From NCBI RefSeq assembly GCF_963921235.1, contig NC_086097.1, positions 26,352,001 through 26,416,000 on the forward strand: DNA of 64,000 nt. The letters are read 5' to 3'. Both the position numbers and the translations under genes were made by a program. This DNA comes from Mobula hypostoma. Lineage: Eukaryota. Positions 23,950 through 36,049 of the stretch are shown here, in pieces (the stretch's first letter is position 1; the number at the start of each line of letters is the position of its first letter). The notes below the pieces were generated by a model. It did no database searches, was not told the DNA's origin, and saw only the letters and a list, made by a program, of their open reading frames with translations.

Positions 23950-24707
23950 CAGGGGTCCCCAACCTTTTTTGCACTGCAGACCGGTTTAATATTGACAATA
24001 TTCTTGCAGACCGGCCGACCGGGGGCGGGGGGAGGGGGGTGTTCAAATAGGGTTAAACTCACCTCAACATGTCTTTTACAGTTAGGGTTGCCAACTTTCT
24101 CACTCCCAAATAAGGGACAAAAGTAGCAGTCAAATCCCGGGACACTTTACCCTAGGAAAGACTACCATGATCATGAAGCCTTGTGCGGGCACCTGTATGC
24201 GCATGCGCATACGTGTCGATTTTTTCGCCACAAATCAGTTTTGCCTTCATCTTCCCGACCATACTGTACATACATTATTTCTACTTTATATAGGCTGTGT
24301 ATTTATCATATCATTCCAGCTTTTACTATATGTTAGTGTTATTTATTTTCGGTTTTACGTGTTATTTGGTATGATTTGTTAGGTTATTTTTTGGGTCTGG
24401 GAACACTCAAAAATTTTTCCCATATAAATTAATGGTAACTGCTTCTTCGCTTCACGCCATTTTGGCACGAAAGGTTTCATAGGAACGCTCTACCTTAGCG
24501 GGGAAATACGGGACAAGGGCGGTCCCATATGGGACAAACCAATTTAGCCCAATATACAGGATGTCCCGACTAATACGGGACAGTTGGCAAGCCTATGTTC
24601 AAGTTCAACAGTGCGTGACAGGGAATGAGGAACGGTGCAGCTGACTCATATCGTTTCCTCATGGCCTGGTAGCACATGCTTTGAGGCCCGGTGGTTGGGG
24701 ACTGCTG
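23950..24707. mobile_element. hAT Charlie/Buster MITE (same family as 8000-8802) with nested insertion
   Basis: TIR CAGGGGTCCCCAAC / GTTGGGGACTGCTG; perfect 8-bp TSD TAGTAAAG with central TA. Confidence 0.92.
24048..24595. mobile_element. hAT Blackjack-like MITE (TAGGGTTGCC ends) nested in the Charlie MITE
   Basis: TAGGGTTGCCAAC (24083) / GTTGGCAAGCCTA (24595) with GGGAC subterminal repeats. Flanks TGTTCAAA / TGTTCAAG match 7 of 8 if the start is taken at 24048. Confidence 0.85.
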
Positions 24708-25580
24708 TAGTAAAGAGTATGTCTTTAACTTCCAGAGATTTTAAAGTTCAAAGTACATTTATTATCAAAGTATATAACCCTAAGATTTATCTCATCGGCA
24801 GCTACAAAAGAAGAAACCCAAAAGAACACGTCAAAGAAAACGGAAAAATACCCAATATGCACAGACAGAGAAAAAAACAAATCATGCAAACAATAAAAGT
24901 AAGCAAATAGCACTTAGAACAAAGGTGAGTCTTCAGACAAGAAGCCCACAGCCCACAAGTGTAACTCCAGAACATATTGCTGAGAGAAGAAGCATTGATG
25001 ACAAATATAATGGCACTAGCTTAAATGAGACTGATTGGATAAAACGAAGACTGAGGTGGGTACACAGAGATTAAAACTATAGGTACAGAATAACAGTAAT
25101 ACAGCACAGAAACAGGCATTGTGATCAGGATACCCATCTAAGCTAGTCCCATTTTAGTAGCCTCAACCATATAACCATATAACAATTACATACATATTTA
25201 CATACCCCTGTAAAAATGTTTCCTATCCATGTACTTACCGAAGGACGTTCCCTCCCTCCTACCCAAGCGTCTTTTAAATGTCATTAATGTACCTACTCCA
25301 ACCATCCTTGGGCAGTTTGTTCTATATTCAAACCACCCACTGTTGAAAAAGTTGCCCCTCAAGACCCTTTCAAATATTTCCAATCTCACCTTAGTTCCAT
25401 CTCTTCTACTTTTTGATTCCCTTTCCCTGTGAAAAAGACTCTATACATTCAGCCTATCCCCTCATGATTTTATATAGTTCTATAAAGGTCCTTATTTTCC
25501 CCTTCAGCAACTTTTAGAAAACAAGGGCCATAAATGGCAACTGAGTGAATAGCTGATAAACATATATTGGCAGAGTAAAG

Positions 25581-26424
25581 ATTAAAGATGGCCTTTATTT
25601 GTCACATGTGCATTGAAACATCGAAACAACCTTATAGTGAAATGTGTCGTTTGTGTCACAGCCAACATAATCCAAGGATGTGCTGGGAGGCAGCCTGCCA
25701 GTGTCACCATTCTTCCAGCACCAACATGGTTAGGCCACACTTGGAGTACTGTGTCCAGTTCTGGTCGCCTCACTATAGGAAGGATATGGAAACATTGGAA
25801 AGGGTACAGAGGAGATTTATCAGGATGCTGCCTGGTTTAGAGAGTATGCATTATGATCAGAGATTAAGGGAGCTAGGGCTTTACTCTTTGGAGAGAAGGA
25901 GGATGAGAGGAGACATGATAGAGGTATACAAGATAATAAGAGGACTAGATAGAGTGGACAGCCAGCGCCTCTTCCCCAGGGCACCACTGCTTAATACAAG
26001 AGGACGTGGCTTTAAGGTAAGGGGTGGGAAGTTCAAGGGGGATATTAGAGGAAGGCTTTTTTACTCAGAGAGTGGTTGGTGCGTGGAACGCACTGCCTGA
26101 GTCAGTGGTGGAGGCAGATATACTAGTGAAGTTTAAGAGACTGCTAGACAGGTATATGAAGGAATTTAAGGTGGAGGGTTATATGGGAGACAGGGTTTGA
26201 GGGTCAGCACAACATTGTGGGCCGAAGGGCCTGTACTGTGCTGTACTATTCTATGTTCTATAGCATTCCCACAACTGTTTGGAATGTGGGAGGAAACTGG
26301 AACACCCAGAGGAAGCCTTCATGGTCACGGGAAGAACATACAAACTCCTTACAGACAGCAGTGGGAACTGAACTGCTCTCGCTGGCACTGTAAAGCATTA
26401 CATTAACCGCTACACTATCATGCC
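25581..26424 (-). mobile_element. tRNA-headed V-SINE, split by a CR1
   Basis: Minus-strand head ggcatgatagtgtagcggttaatg, V-core ttcctctgggtgttccagtttcctcccacattcc, tail tgtgacaaataaag. Confidence 0.75.
25727..26261 (+). mobile_element. Young CR1 3' fragment
   Basis: ORF 25588-26100 includes VRPHLEYCVQFWSPHYRKD.ETLERVQRRF...RRMRGDMIEVYKI; tail is ttctatgttctat. Confidence 0.9.
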
Positions 26425-26844
26425 ATAGGTTAGAAGAGCACTTGATGAAGTCTCCTTCACTGATCTCAAAAGTTCCATGCTTTTTTCCCTATGGCAATGA
26501 ATTCCATAGAATCACCACCCTCTGGCAAAAGAAATTCCTCTCATCTCAGTCCTTGTATTTTGAGGCTGTGCTCTCTGTTCCAAGACTCCCCAGAAAATGT
26601 AACATGCTTTCCATGTCCACTCTATCTAGGCCTTTCAATATTTGATAGGTTTCAATGAGTTCCTCCCCACTTCTAAACTCCAGTGAGTATAGGCCTAGAG
26701 CCATCAAACACTCCTCATAAATTAACTCTTTCATTCTCGGGATTATTCTCGTGAACCTCCTCGGGAATTACTCAAGTGCAGAACACATTTGTTTTGATAC
26801 ATGACTCCTTTTAATTAGCTGTTGAATTAAGATCCTGAGAATTA

Positions 26845-27180
26845 TCAGAATCAGAATTATTATCACTGATGCATGTTGTGAAGTTTGTAGTTTTGCAGCA
26901 GCATAAAAATTAAATATATAAGTTACAGTTCAAAAATAAATATTAAAAATAAATCAGTAGTGCAAAAAGAGAGTAAAATAACGAGGTAGTGTTCATGGGA
27001 TCATGGACCATTCAAAAATCTGACAGCGGAGGGGAAGAAGCTGTTCCTAAAACATTTAGTGTATGCCTTTAGTTCCTAGATCTTCTCCCTGGTAGTAAAA
27101 GGAAGGGAGCATGTCCTGGATAGTGGGAGTCCTTAATGATGGATGCCACCCCTCTGAGGCATCAACATTTGAAGATGTCC
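26845..27180 (-). mobile_element. Rex1/Babar 3' fragment, (ATTCTG)n-tailed
   Basis: atcagaatcagaa tail on plus, with gaagaagctgttcct and tccttaatgatggatgc blocks shared with other Rex copies. Confidence 0.65.
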
Positions 27181-27399
27181 TTTTTGGGGGAGGGGGGAAG
27201 GGAGCAGGGCTTTCCAGCACCATCTTGATCTATAAACCAAGCCTTTGGTTTAAATGAAAAAGTATTCTGCAATATAACGACGTTCATTTAACCTGCCATT
27301 TTGAAATTCATGCTCTATATGAGGAAGAATGGCTGTAATGTAAAGGACGATAAAGTACTTTTTTTGCTTATCATTTGCATAAAAGTGCACTATAGTGAA

Positions 27400-28265
27400 T
27401 TGTGCTGGCACTGGAGAGTGTCCAGAGGAGTTTCACGAATGTTATTCAGGATGGAAAGGGGTAACGTACGAGGAGTATTTGATGACTTTGGGCCTGTACT
27501 TGCTGGAGTTTAGAGAAATGAGGGGGGATCTCATTGAAACCTATTGAATATTGAAAGGTCTAGACAGAGTGGCGGGCAGATAGATCTCCTCAGCCGTGAT
27601 TGTCAGCTCATCCGAGAAGGAAAACTCTGATCTTATATCTCCACTGCCTTGTGGCTATACCTCCTCATGGAGAAGGCTTTGGAAGTAAGCCTCAAGGAAA
27701 AATCTGGAGCTGGAGCTCCTATGGCAGTCCTATGTTGAGTTCAACACTGACTGGCATCTCCTGTGACATCACTGGTGCCAAATTGTATTGGCCTCTGCTA
27801 TTCCTTTGGATTCATCAGTTGCATGGAGAGGGGGAACCTTCTGCACTGGCAACAGCTTGTTCTCCATATCGTACAGCCCTGGCTTGTGTGCTGATTAGCG
27901 TATCACATAGATAGCTAGGGCTTAACATTGATGGTCAACCAGAATGTTTCCTATAGTCGGTGAATCTATGACCAGAGGGCACAGCTTCAGTATAGAGGAA
28001 TGTCCATTAAGAACAGAGATGAGAAGGAATTTCTTTAGCCAGAAGGTGGTGAATCTGGGGGATTCACTGCTAACGACAGCTGTGGAGGCCAAGTCATTGA
28101 GTATACTTAAAGCAGAGGTTGACAGGTTCTTGGTTAGCCAGGGCATAAAAGTTTATGGTGAGAAAGCAGGAGAATGAGGTTGAGAAGAATAATAAATCAT
28201 CCATGATGGAATGGAGGAGCAGACTCAATGGGCCGAATGGCCTGATTCTGTTCCTATGTCTTATG
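27400..28265 (+). mobile_element. CR1 3' fragment interrupted by a 370-bp insert
   Basis: ORF 27944-28177 reads MFPIVGESMTRGHSFSI...PLRTEMRRNFFSQKVVNL; the left half (27400-27572) ends at tagacagagtgg. Confidence 0.8.
27573..27940 (+). mobile_element. Unclassified insert resembling an RTE-clade 5' UTR / non-autonomous element
   Basis: Interrupts the CR1 and begins with gcagctcatc..gagaaggaaaactctga, a motif I associate with RTE 5' regions (recalled, not verified). Confidence 0.4.
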
Positions 28266-29324
28266 TTGAATTACACAGAACATTCTTATGTGCTGTTGAA
28301 TAGCCAAATTAGGTCGCACCCATCCGTCACCGTGGCAACCTAACAAACCACTGTAAACTTTACAGTGCTTTTGACATACAGTAGGATTAAATATAATTTT
28401 CTGTTTCCCTGGTGTGCTCAGCACACAGTCAGAAGCTTTTTAAATGAATACTCTGATACCATGCAGTTTGGTGTTTAATATTCTGGTACTTCAAATAAAA
28501 TTAGCCCTCAAGGAATCAGCACAGTATCATACAAAACATTTCCACTTCAACACAGAGTCCTGTTAGGACACAATGCTGTCAACTAAGAGATCTGGGATCT
28601 CGTTATTTTCAAATCTGTTGTAAAATGTGGTGCTTGTAATATGCAAAATGGAACGAAATAGGATGACAACCCTTTTACCAAACAGAAAAAAATACAAGTA
28701 AGCCATTCAGCCTCTCCCGGCTGCTCTCCCATTCAATAAAATCATGGCTAATGTGTTATTTCAGCCATTTTCTGTCTAACTCCATACTTCTCAATTCACT
28801 TTGCTTGGAATATTAGTGTCACACGTACTGAGGTGCAGTGAAGACATTGTTCTGCATCCCAAGAATACAGATCATTTCATTACAACAGTGCATTGGGAAA
28901 GTACAAAGGAAAACAATAACAGAATGCAGATAAGGTGCTACAGTTACATTGAAAGACCACAAAACATAAAAGAATTATGCTATTTGGCCTGTCACATCTA
29001 CCCTGCCATTCGATCATGGCCGATTTATTATTCCCTCTCGGCCCTGTCCTCCTGCCTTCTCCCCATAGCTTTTGATGCCCTTTCTAACCAAGAACCTACC
29101 AAACTCTATTTTAAATACACCAAATGACTTGGCCTGCACTGCTGCCTGTGGCAATAATTCACCACACTCTAGCTAAAGAAATGCCTCCTCATCTCTGTTA
29201 TTCTGGGGCCAAGCCCTCCAGTCCTAGACTCTCCCACTATTGAAAACATTCTCTCTAATTCGACCCTTTCCAGGCCTTTTAATATTTGGTAGGCTGCAAT
29301 GAGATTCCCGCAACCCCCATTCTT

Positions 29325-29917
29325 CATTAGGAGTTTGAAGAGATTTGGTGTGTCAACAAGAACGTTTAAAAACTTCTATAGTTGTACCATGGAGAGCATT
29401 CTGACAGGCTGCATCACTGTCTGGTATGGAAGGGGGCTACTGCACAGGACCGAAAGAAGCTGCAGAAGGTTGTAAGTTTAGTCGGCTCCATCTTGGGTAC
29501 TAGCCTGCAAAGTACCCAGGACATCTTCAAGGAGCGGTGTCTCAGAAAGGCAACATCCATTATTAAGGACCTCCAGCATCCAGGGCATGCCCTTTTCTCA
29601 CTGTTACCATCAGGTAGGAGGTACAGAAGCCTGAAGGCACACACTGAGTGACTCAGGAACAGCTTCTTCCCCTCTGCTATCTGATTCCTAAATGGACATT
29701 GAACCCGTGAACACGACCTCACTTTCTCAATATATATTATTTCTGGGTTTTTTTGCATGATTTTTAATCTGTTCAATATATACATACTGTAATTAATTTA
29801 CTTATTATTTTTTCTTCTTCTATATTATGTATTATATTGAACTGCTGCTGCTAAATTAACAAATTTCACGACACATGCCGGTGATAATAAACCTGATTCT
29901 GATTCTGATTCTGATTC
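29325..29917 (+). mobile_element. Rex1/Babar 3' fragment, (ATTCTG)n tail, inserted in a minus-strand CR1 (about 28950-30540)
   Basis: TAQDRKKLQKVV...DIFKERCLRKATSIIKDLQHPGHALFSLLPSGRRYRSLKAHT; tail gattctgattctgattctgattc. Confidence 0.85.
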
Positions 29918-30549
29918 CATTTTCTTCTGAACTCCAGCAAGTCATCAAATGCTAACCTCTTCACATGTAAACATCCTCTGGAGGCTCTCCAATGCCAGCA
30001 CTACCTTCCTTAGATACGAGCCCAAACTGCTCACAATATTCCAAGTGAAATGCTTTCTAAAACCTCACCTTTACATTGTTGTTTTCATATCCTAGTCCTC
30101 TTGAAATGAATGCTAACAATACATTTGCCTGCCTTACTTCTTATTCAACCTGCAATTTAACCTTTGGAGAAACTTGCACTAGGACTCTCAAGTTCCCCTT
30201 GGGTCTCCAATTTCCAAATTCTCTTTTCATTTAGAAAATAGTCTATGCCTTTATTCCTTCTACCCAAGTGCATTGCCATAGATTTTCCTACACTTATTCT
30301 ACAGCGTATCCTACACTGTTTATCAAACACCTTACTAAAATCTATGTCGGCAACATCCACTGACCTACCTTCTTCAATCTCTCTCTGCACCTTGTCAAAA
30401 AAAAACCCAAAAAAGTTGGTTAGGCTCGACCGGCCCCATACAAAGCTTTGAAGCTCTTCCTAATTAGGCCACGGGTTTCCAGATGCTCATATATCCTATC
30501 CCTAAGAATTTTCTCCAGCAATTTCCCTGCAACTGACTTGAAAGTGATA

Positions 30550-31230
30550 CGTTTAGGCTAAATGAATGGGAAAAGATCTGGAAAATGGAGAATGGTGTAA
30601 AGCTTTCCAACTTGACAGGAAAAAATTTTTAAATATTATCTAAATGACAAAACGTTGCAGTTTTGAGATATGGAGGGAGCTGGCTCTCCTTAAGCATGCA
30701 ACACGTTAGTATGTAACACAACATTAATTAGAAAAGTTAAAATGGTATAATTTATTGCTAAAGGAATTGGAAACAAATGTGGTGAGACTATCGTTCAGAC
30801 ATAGGGCACTGATCAGACTACATCTGGAGTATTATGTACAGGATTGGCCTCCTTATTTGAGGGAGGACGTTAACATGTTGGAAGTAGTTCAGAGAAATAC
30901 CAGCACGCTGATAACTGGAATAGGCAGGTTGTCTTATGTATACAGAGCAATTCACACAAAATGCTGTAGAAACTCCACAAATCAGGCAGTATCAATGGTG
31001 GGGAATAAACAATCGACATTTCTGAGATCCTGCAGCATTTTGTGCGTGCTTCTCTGGATTTCCACCTGCTGCAGAACCTCTTGTGCTTATGTGTACAGAC
31101 CAAGCTTGTATCTCTGTATTTCAGGGGATGGCAGACAATGCAATTGAAATATACAAGCACCTGATGGTAAACAGGCTGGATATGAAACGGATGTCTCTTC
31201 TTGTGGGGAAATTCAGAACACGGGGGTTAC
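30550..31230 (+). mobile_element. Old CR1 fragment with an inserted Penelope-type inverted repeat (about 30945-31085)
   Basis: ORF 30755-31147 reads RALIRLHLEYYVQDWPPYLREDV..LEVVQR; the insert runs cacacaaaatgctg...cagcattttgtg. Confidence 0.7.
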
Positions 31231-32292
31231 TGTTTATACAGTATTATTTGCTGGTGGTCACATCACCATTAATTAACTGGACTCTGAAAAGCCACACTTT
31301 TTGCTCAATCACACTTTATTTACTTGTGCACAAAAAGAACAAATCAGCCCCTGTCACAACATTGTTTTGAAGCTTAAACAAAGAAACGCCATTGTTATAC
31401 ATATATTGACTAGTTGGATACAGATATTGATCAATGGTAACTTTGTGTATGTTCAAATTCCTGATTTGCATGATCAATCACCAATCACACAATGATAATA
31501 CAGGTTTTAAGAGGCAATAGAATGCTAAAAGCCAATAATACTTCAGAATTAGTAAAGTAAATTTGCCAATTGTAAATGTCCAGCTGTAAAATCTTTCATT
31601 TACACCCTTATTATGTCCTATTATGCCAAATGGCTTCAATCACCTACTGTGCAAAGGGAAGCTATGCTCTTCAAAGGCCTTTCTTGCCGGTGCTGACTGC
31701 ACACTATCTGTAAACTACTCTTGTCTGGACATTATCACACTCATTCAGTGAAATATTTATCTCTCCAGAACCATGCAAGGATCACATATTGTAATACTGT
31801 AAATCCATATGAGTTTTTGTTTGTAAATCACAGAGATTCAGTCAACAACTTCACTGGACCTCGAGCTGCTTATACACCAACATCTTCAGCCTCAGCCAGG
31901 CGGTGATCAGAAGACTAATATCAGAATGCAAAACCTTAAGTCACAGTTATATGAATTCAGCTTACTCCGTCTTGCCAAGACACACACACATAGGCCACTG
32001 GACTATGGATCTAATCCTTCTAGTTATAGAAAGCAGAGCCTCCAAATTTGGATACAACAGGTCACCAATTTGCACATCCATAATAAACACTTCCCTCAGA
32101 CTTGAAATTTTTTCCACACTTATTTGCTCAATCTCAGTTGATTACAGCACAAAACACAAATGCAGAATTCAATAGCTTTATGATCCATGTTTCAACACTG
32201 CAAAGATGCATACAGTTATGAAATGAATTCCACAAAAATTGGCAGAAAAAATCACCAAGTTACTGTATCAGGAATCCAGAACTTTCCCTTAC

Positions 32293-32354
32293 CTTGGAGG
32301 GCTCCATTCTTCTTGAAAAAAGCACTCCCTGGCCAAAGGGGTGGGCTTGATGTG
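32293..32354 (-). other. Candidate 62-nt host-gene exon, product unidentified
   Basis: Lies in unique DNA. Minus strand reads atgtttacattttAG|CACATCAAGCCC...GGAGCCCTCCAAG|GTAAGG; all three frames are open. Confidence 0.35.
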
Positions 32355-33030
32355 CTAAAATGTAAACATACATTGTTTCAGAAACTTTATAGACCCAAAG
32401 TAGCTTAGATAAAACAAGATAAAACTTGAGCATGGTTTTTAAAGTGATCAATTCAGAATTGCTCACAAGCTTCTCAGAATGCCAGTTCAACCAAAACATA
32501 ATTGTCATCTTTTCAACACAGGGTCTTCTGGTTGTTAACCAAATTATTTGCAATAAGTGCTAACCCAAATCCAGTAGACCAACTAATATCAGAGGAAGTG
32601 CAGAGGAATTGATATGAAGTGCCCAAACATCCAGGGCTCTTCCACAACATTAAACTGTAACTATAACAACAAAAAATACAAACAGTTCACAGAGAACCTA
32701 GGAGACAAAAGTGCAAGGAAACAGTAGACTATAGCAACAAGGAGGGATCAAGTCCGGACATCTTGCTGAAATTTTGATTTGAAGTAAATAACGTAACATT
32801 AGATATCATCAACAAGAGAATATACCCAACAGACAGACTTTAATGACAACTTTCTTTTATGACCAACTCATTAATCAGTTGTCAAGCTATCCTTGAAAAC
32901 AAGTAAGTCCAACATCCTTGATTTCCCATTTAGACATAATCCAAAAAATCAGATTCAGAATCAGATTTAGTATCACTGACACTTGTCATGAAATGTTGTT
33001 TTGTGCAGTAGCACAGAGCAAACATTAACT

Positions 33031-33538
33031 GCCTCACTACAGGAAGGATGTGGGAACCATAGAAAGGGTGCAGAGGAGATTTACAAGGATGTTGCCTGGA
33101 TTGGGGAGCATGCCTTATGAAAACAGGTTGAGTGAACTCGGCCTTTTCTCCTTGGAGCGATGGAGGATGAGAGGTGACCTGATAGAGGTGTATAAGATGA
33201 TGAGAGGCATTGATTGTGTGGACAGTCAGAGGCTTTTTCCCAGGGCAGAAATGGCTATCACAAGAGGGCACAGTTTTAAGGTGCTTGGAAATAGGTGCTT
33301 GTACAGAGGAGATGTCAGGGGTAAGTTTTTTTTACACAGAGAGTGATGAGTGCATGGAATGGGCTGCTGGCAACGGTGGTGGAGGTGGATAAGATAGGGT
33401 CTTTTAAGAGACTCCTGGACAGGTACATGGAGCTCAGAAAAATAGAGGGCTATGGGTAACCCTAGGTAATTTCTAAGGTAAGGACATGTTCGGCACAGCT
33501 TTGTGGGCCGAAAGCTGTAGGTTTTCTATGTTTCTATA
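33031..33538 (+). mobile_element. Young CR1 3' fragment
   Basis: ORF 33050-33346 reads IERVQRRFTRMLPGL...MRGDLIEVYKMMRGID; tail tttctatgtttcta. Confidence 0.9.
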
Positions 33539-33604
33539 ATCAAGACCTTTATTTTTTGCTTTATGCAGTTTTTCTATTTCTCATTAACTTCTGTTCATTA
33601 CATA

Positions 33605-34090
33605 CAGTGGCATGCAAAAGTTTGGGCACCCCGGTCAAAATTTCTGTTACTGTGAATAGCTAAGTGAGTAAAAGATGAACTGCTTTCCAAAAGACATAAA
33701 GTTAAAGATGACACAGTTCTTTAATATTTTAAGCAAGAAAACTTTTTTATTTCCATCTTTTACAGTTTCAAAATAACAAAAAAGGAAAAGGGCCCGAAGC
33801 AAAAGTTTGGGCACCCTGCATGGCAGTGCTTAGTAACACCCCCTTTGGCAAGTATCACAGCTTGTAAACGCTTTCTGTAGCCAGCTAAGAGTCTTTCAAT
33901 CCTTGTTTGGGGGATTTTCGCCCATTCTTCTTTGCAAAAGGCTTCTAGTTCTGTGAGATTCTTGGGCTATCTTGCATGCACTGCTCTTTTGAGGTCTATC
34001 CACAGATTCTCAATGATGTTTAGGTCGGGGGACTGTGAGGGCCATGGCAAAACCTTCAGCTTGCGCCTCTTGAGGTAGTCCATTGTGGAT
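33605..34090 (-). mobile_element. Tc1 3' half (right IR/DR plus transposase C-terminus), same family as 43350-44920
   Basis: Begins TA|CAGTGGCATGCAAAAGTTTGGGCACC and is collinear with the reverse complement of about 44436-44920. Confidence 0.9.
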
Positions 34091-35647
34091 AACTCAAAAA
34101 TCTTACTTTAGTATATTTTAAATTTAGAAAATGAGATAGTAAAATGTGAAAATAGTTATGGGGCTGAATACTTTTTCAGGGCATTGTATTATCCCTGTCA
34201 ACCCCATTCTCTGCTTTCTCCCTGCAACCTTTGTTGCCCTTACTAATCAAGAACTTATCAACCTCCACTTTAAGTGTGCCCAATGACTTGGCCTCCACAG
34301 TCATCTGTGGCAGTGAATTCCACAGATGAACCACCCTCTGGCTAAAGGATTTTCACATCATCTCAGTTCTAAATGGAAGTTCTTGTATTCTAAGGCTGTA
34401 GCCTCTGGTCTTAAATTCCCCCACTATAGGAAGCATCCTCTCCGTGCCCACTCTACCTAGGCATCGAGAGGTTTTATTGAAATCCCTCCTCATTTTTCTG
34501 AACTCCAGCAAGTACTGGCCCAGAGCTATTAAATGTTCCTTGCATGTTAACCCTATCATTTCCTTAGGCTGCACTTTTTTGCTCCAATTTCTGTCAATAA
34601 ACTTGACATGAATATCACAAACGATTATGTGCACCAACGTTAAAAATAGAGGGTTATGTGGTAGGGAAATTCTAGGCAGCTTCCAGACTAGGTTACATTG
34701 TCAGCACAACATTGTGGGCCAAAGGGCCTGTAATGTGCTGTAAATTTTCTATGTGCTAAGTTCTATGACACCAAAGTAAAACATCAGCCACGTCAACCGA
34801 ATTGTACCCAAAGATACCCGTCCAATATGCATTTGATGGGACTTCAACATTAAATGATCATGATTGCATTAAAATATATACTTTAAACTGATATTAGACA
34901 TGATTGTCACATACAAAAGCACTCTTCCAAAATGCAAGAGTGAAATAAAACAGAACTACTTAGCAAAATTTTTAGAAATACATCATTTAAAATGCGATCA
35001 AATTTCTTACAACTACACATAATGAATGCCCTCTTAAAAATATGCCCAATAATTACTTCAAATTTTTAATACTGGATTTTTGCCATTAATACACAACTCC
35101 ACCTAGCATTTTGACAAGCAGGTTATTAAAAGGAAAAGTTCTCAAACTGTCTTATCTCAAACACTTTACACTATATCACTGTTGCTTTAAGTCATAATTA
35201 AAGGATGAGAGGATGTTCCCGAGAACTTACACTGATCGGTGATTCACCACATTAAACTATTTAATTTCAATGAAAGTACATAATATCCAAGGCACAGCAT
35301 GTGTTACTAAATCAATGCATCAATACTCCTAACGAATATTGCACTGAAACTAATCAACAGCAACTAATGAACTGATAATCTTTTCTTTAACAAAGCTGAT
35401 AAAATACTGGGCCAGTAATACACTGGCAGTTACATCATAAAATTGATGAAAATTAATCTGCTGACAGTACTGAAACAGAATAGGAGATTTCTTGTAACAT
35501 CATCAAGCACAGAGCTTAGTTACCAGTATCTTATATTAATTTAATTGACATACTTCATTTCCCTCCTCATATTCCTTACGTGGATAGTATAAATAGGCAG
35601 AAAAGATGCCGGTGTTATAATGCTGATATACAGGTAGATACTTCAAG

Positions 35648-35914
35648 ATTAAAAAAAGGAAAGGTACGTCACATCCAGAGTTTCTCCGGTTGGCGGATGA
35701 TTTCCCTCCACGCCTCTCTGACGTAATGGGGAACCGCGTAAGAGGCAAGTTACAGCAGTAGTTTGCCATTGCCTTCTGCCGGGTGAGTTTCCAAAGAGAT
35801 CACCAGCTCGTAACCCAGCACAGATGGAAAGCGCACAGGGGAACCGGCTGGATTCGAACTCGGGACCTTTTGTCCCGAAGTCCAGCGCTGATACCACTAC
35901 GCCACCAGCCGGTT
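35648..35914 (-). mobile_element. tRNA(Pro)-derived SINE with RTE-type tail
   Basis: A box TGGCGTAGTGG, CTTCGGG anticodon-arm remnant, B box GAGTTCGAATCC; tail contains gaaggcaatggcaaactact. ACTTCAAG is duplicated at 35640-35647 and 35916-35923. Confidence 0.8.
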
Positions 35915-36049
35915 CACTTCAAGCATATTCATTAAAAATTAAAAACAGCACCTTAATAGTTATTGGTAGACAGAAGAGAAACCTCATTTTGTTTAAAATG
36001 ACTAGATGGATTTGATTTTAAAATTCAACATGAAAATCACTGATATTGC

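Noticed and set aside
29382..29651. Host gene with a DUF1891/ALKBH8-N-like domain
   Set aside because: It is multi-copy in the window with microsatellite tails and is the Rex1/Babar ORF2 C-terminus.
35845..35914. Functional tRNA-Pro gene
   Set aside because: The anticodon stem does not pair properly, and the head continues into a roughly 200-bp body with a tail and TSD, so it is a SINE head.
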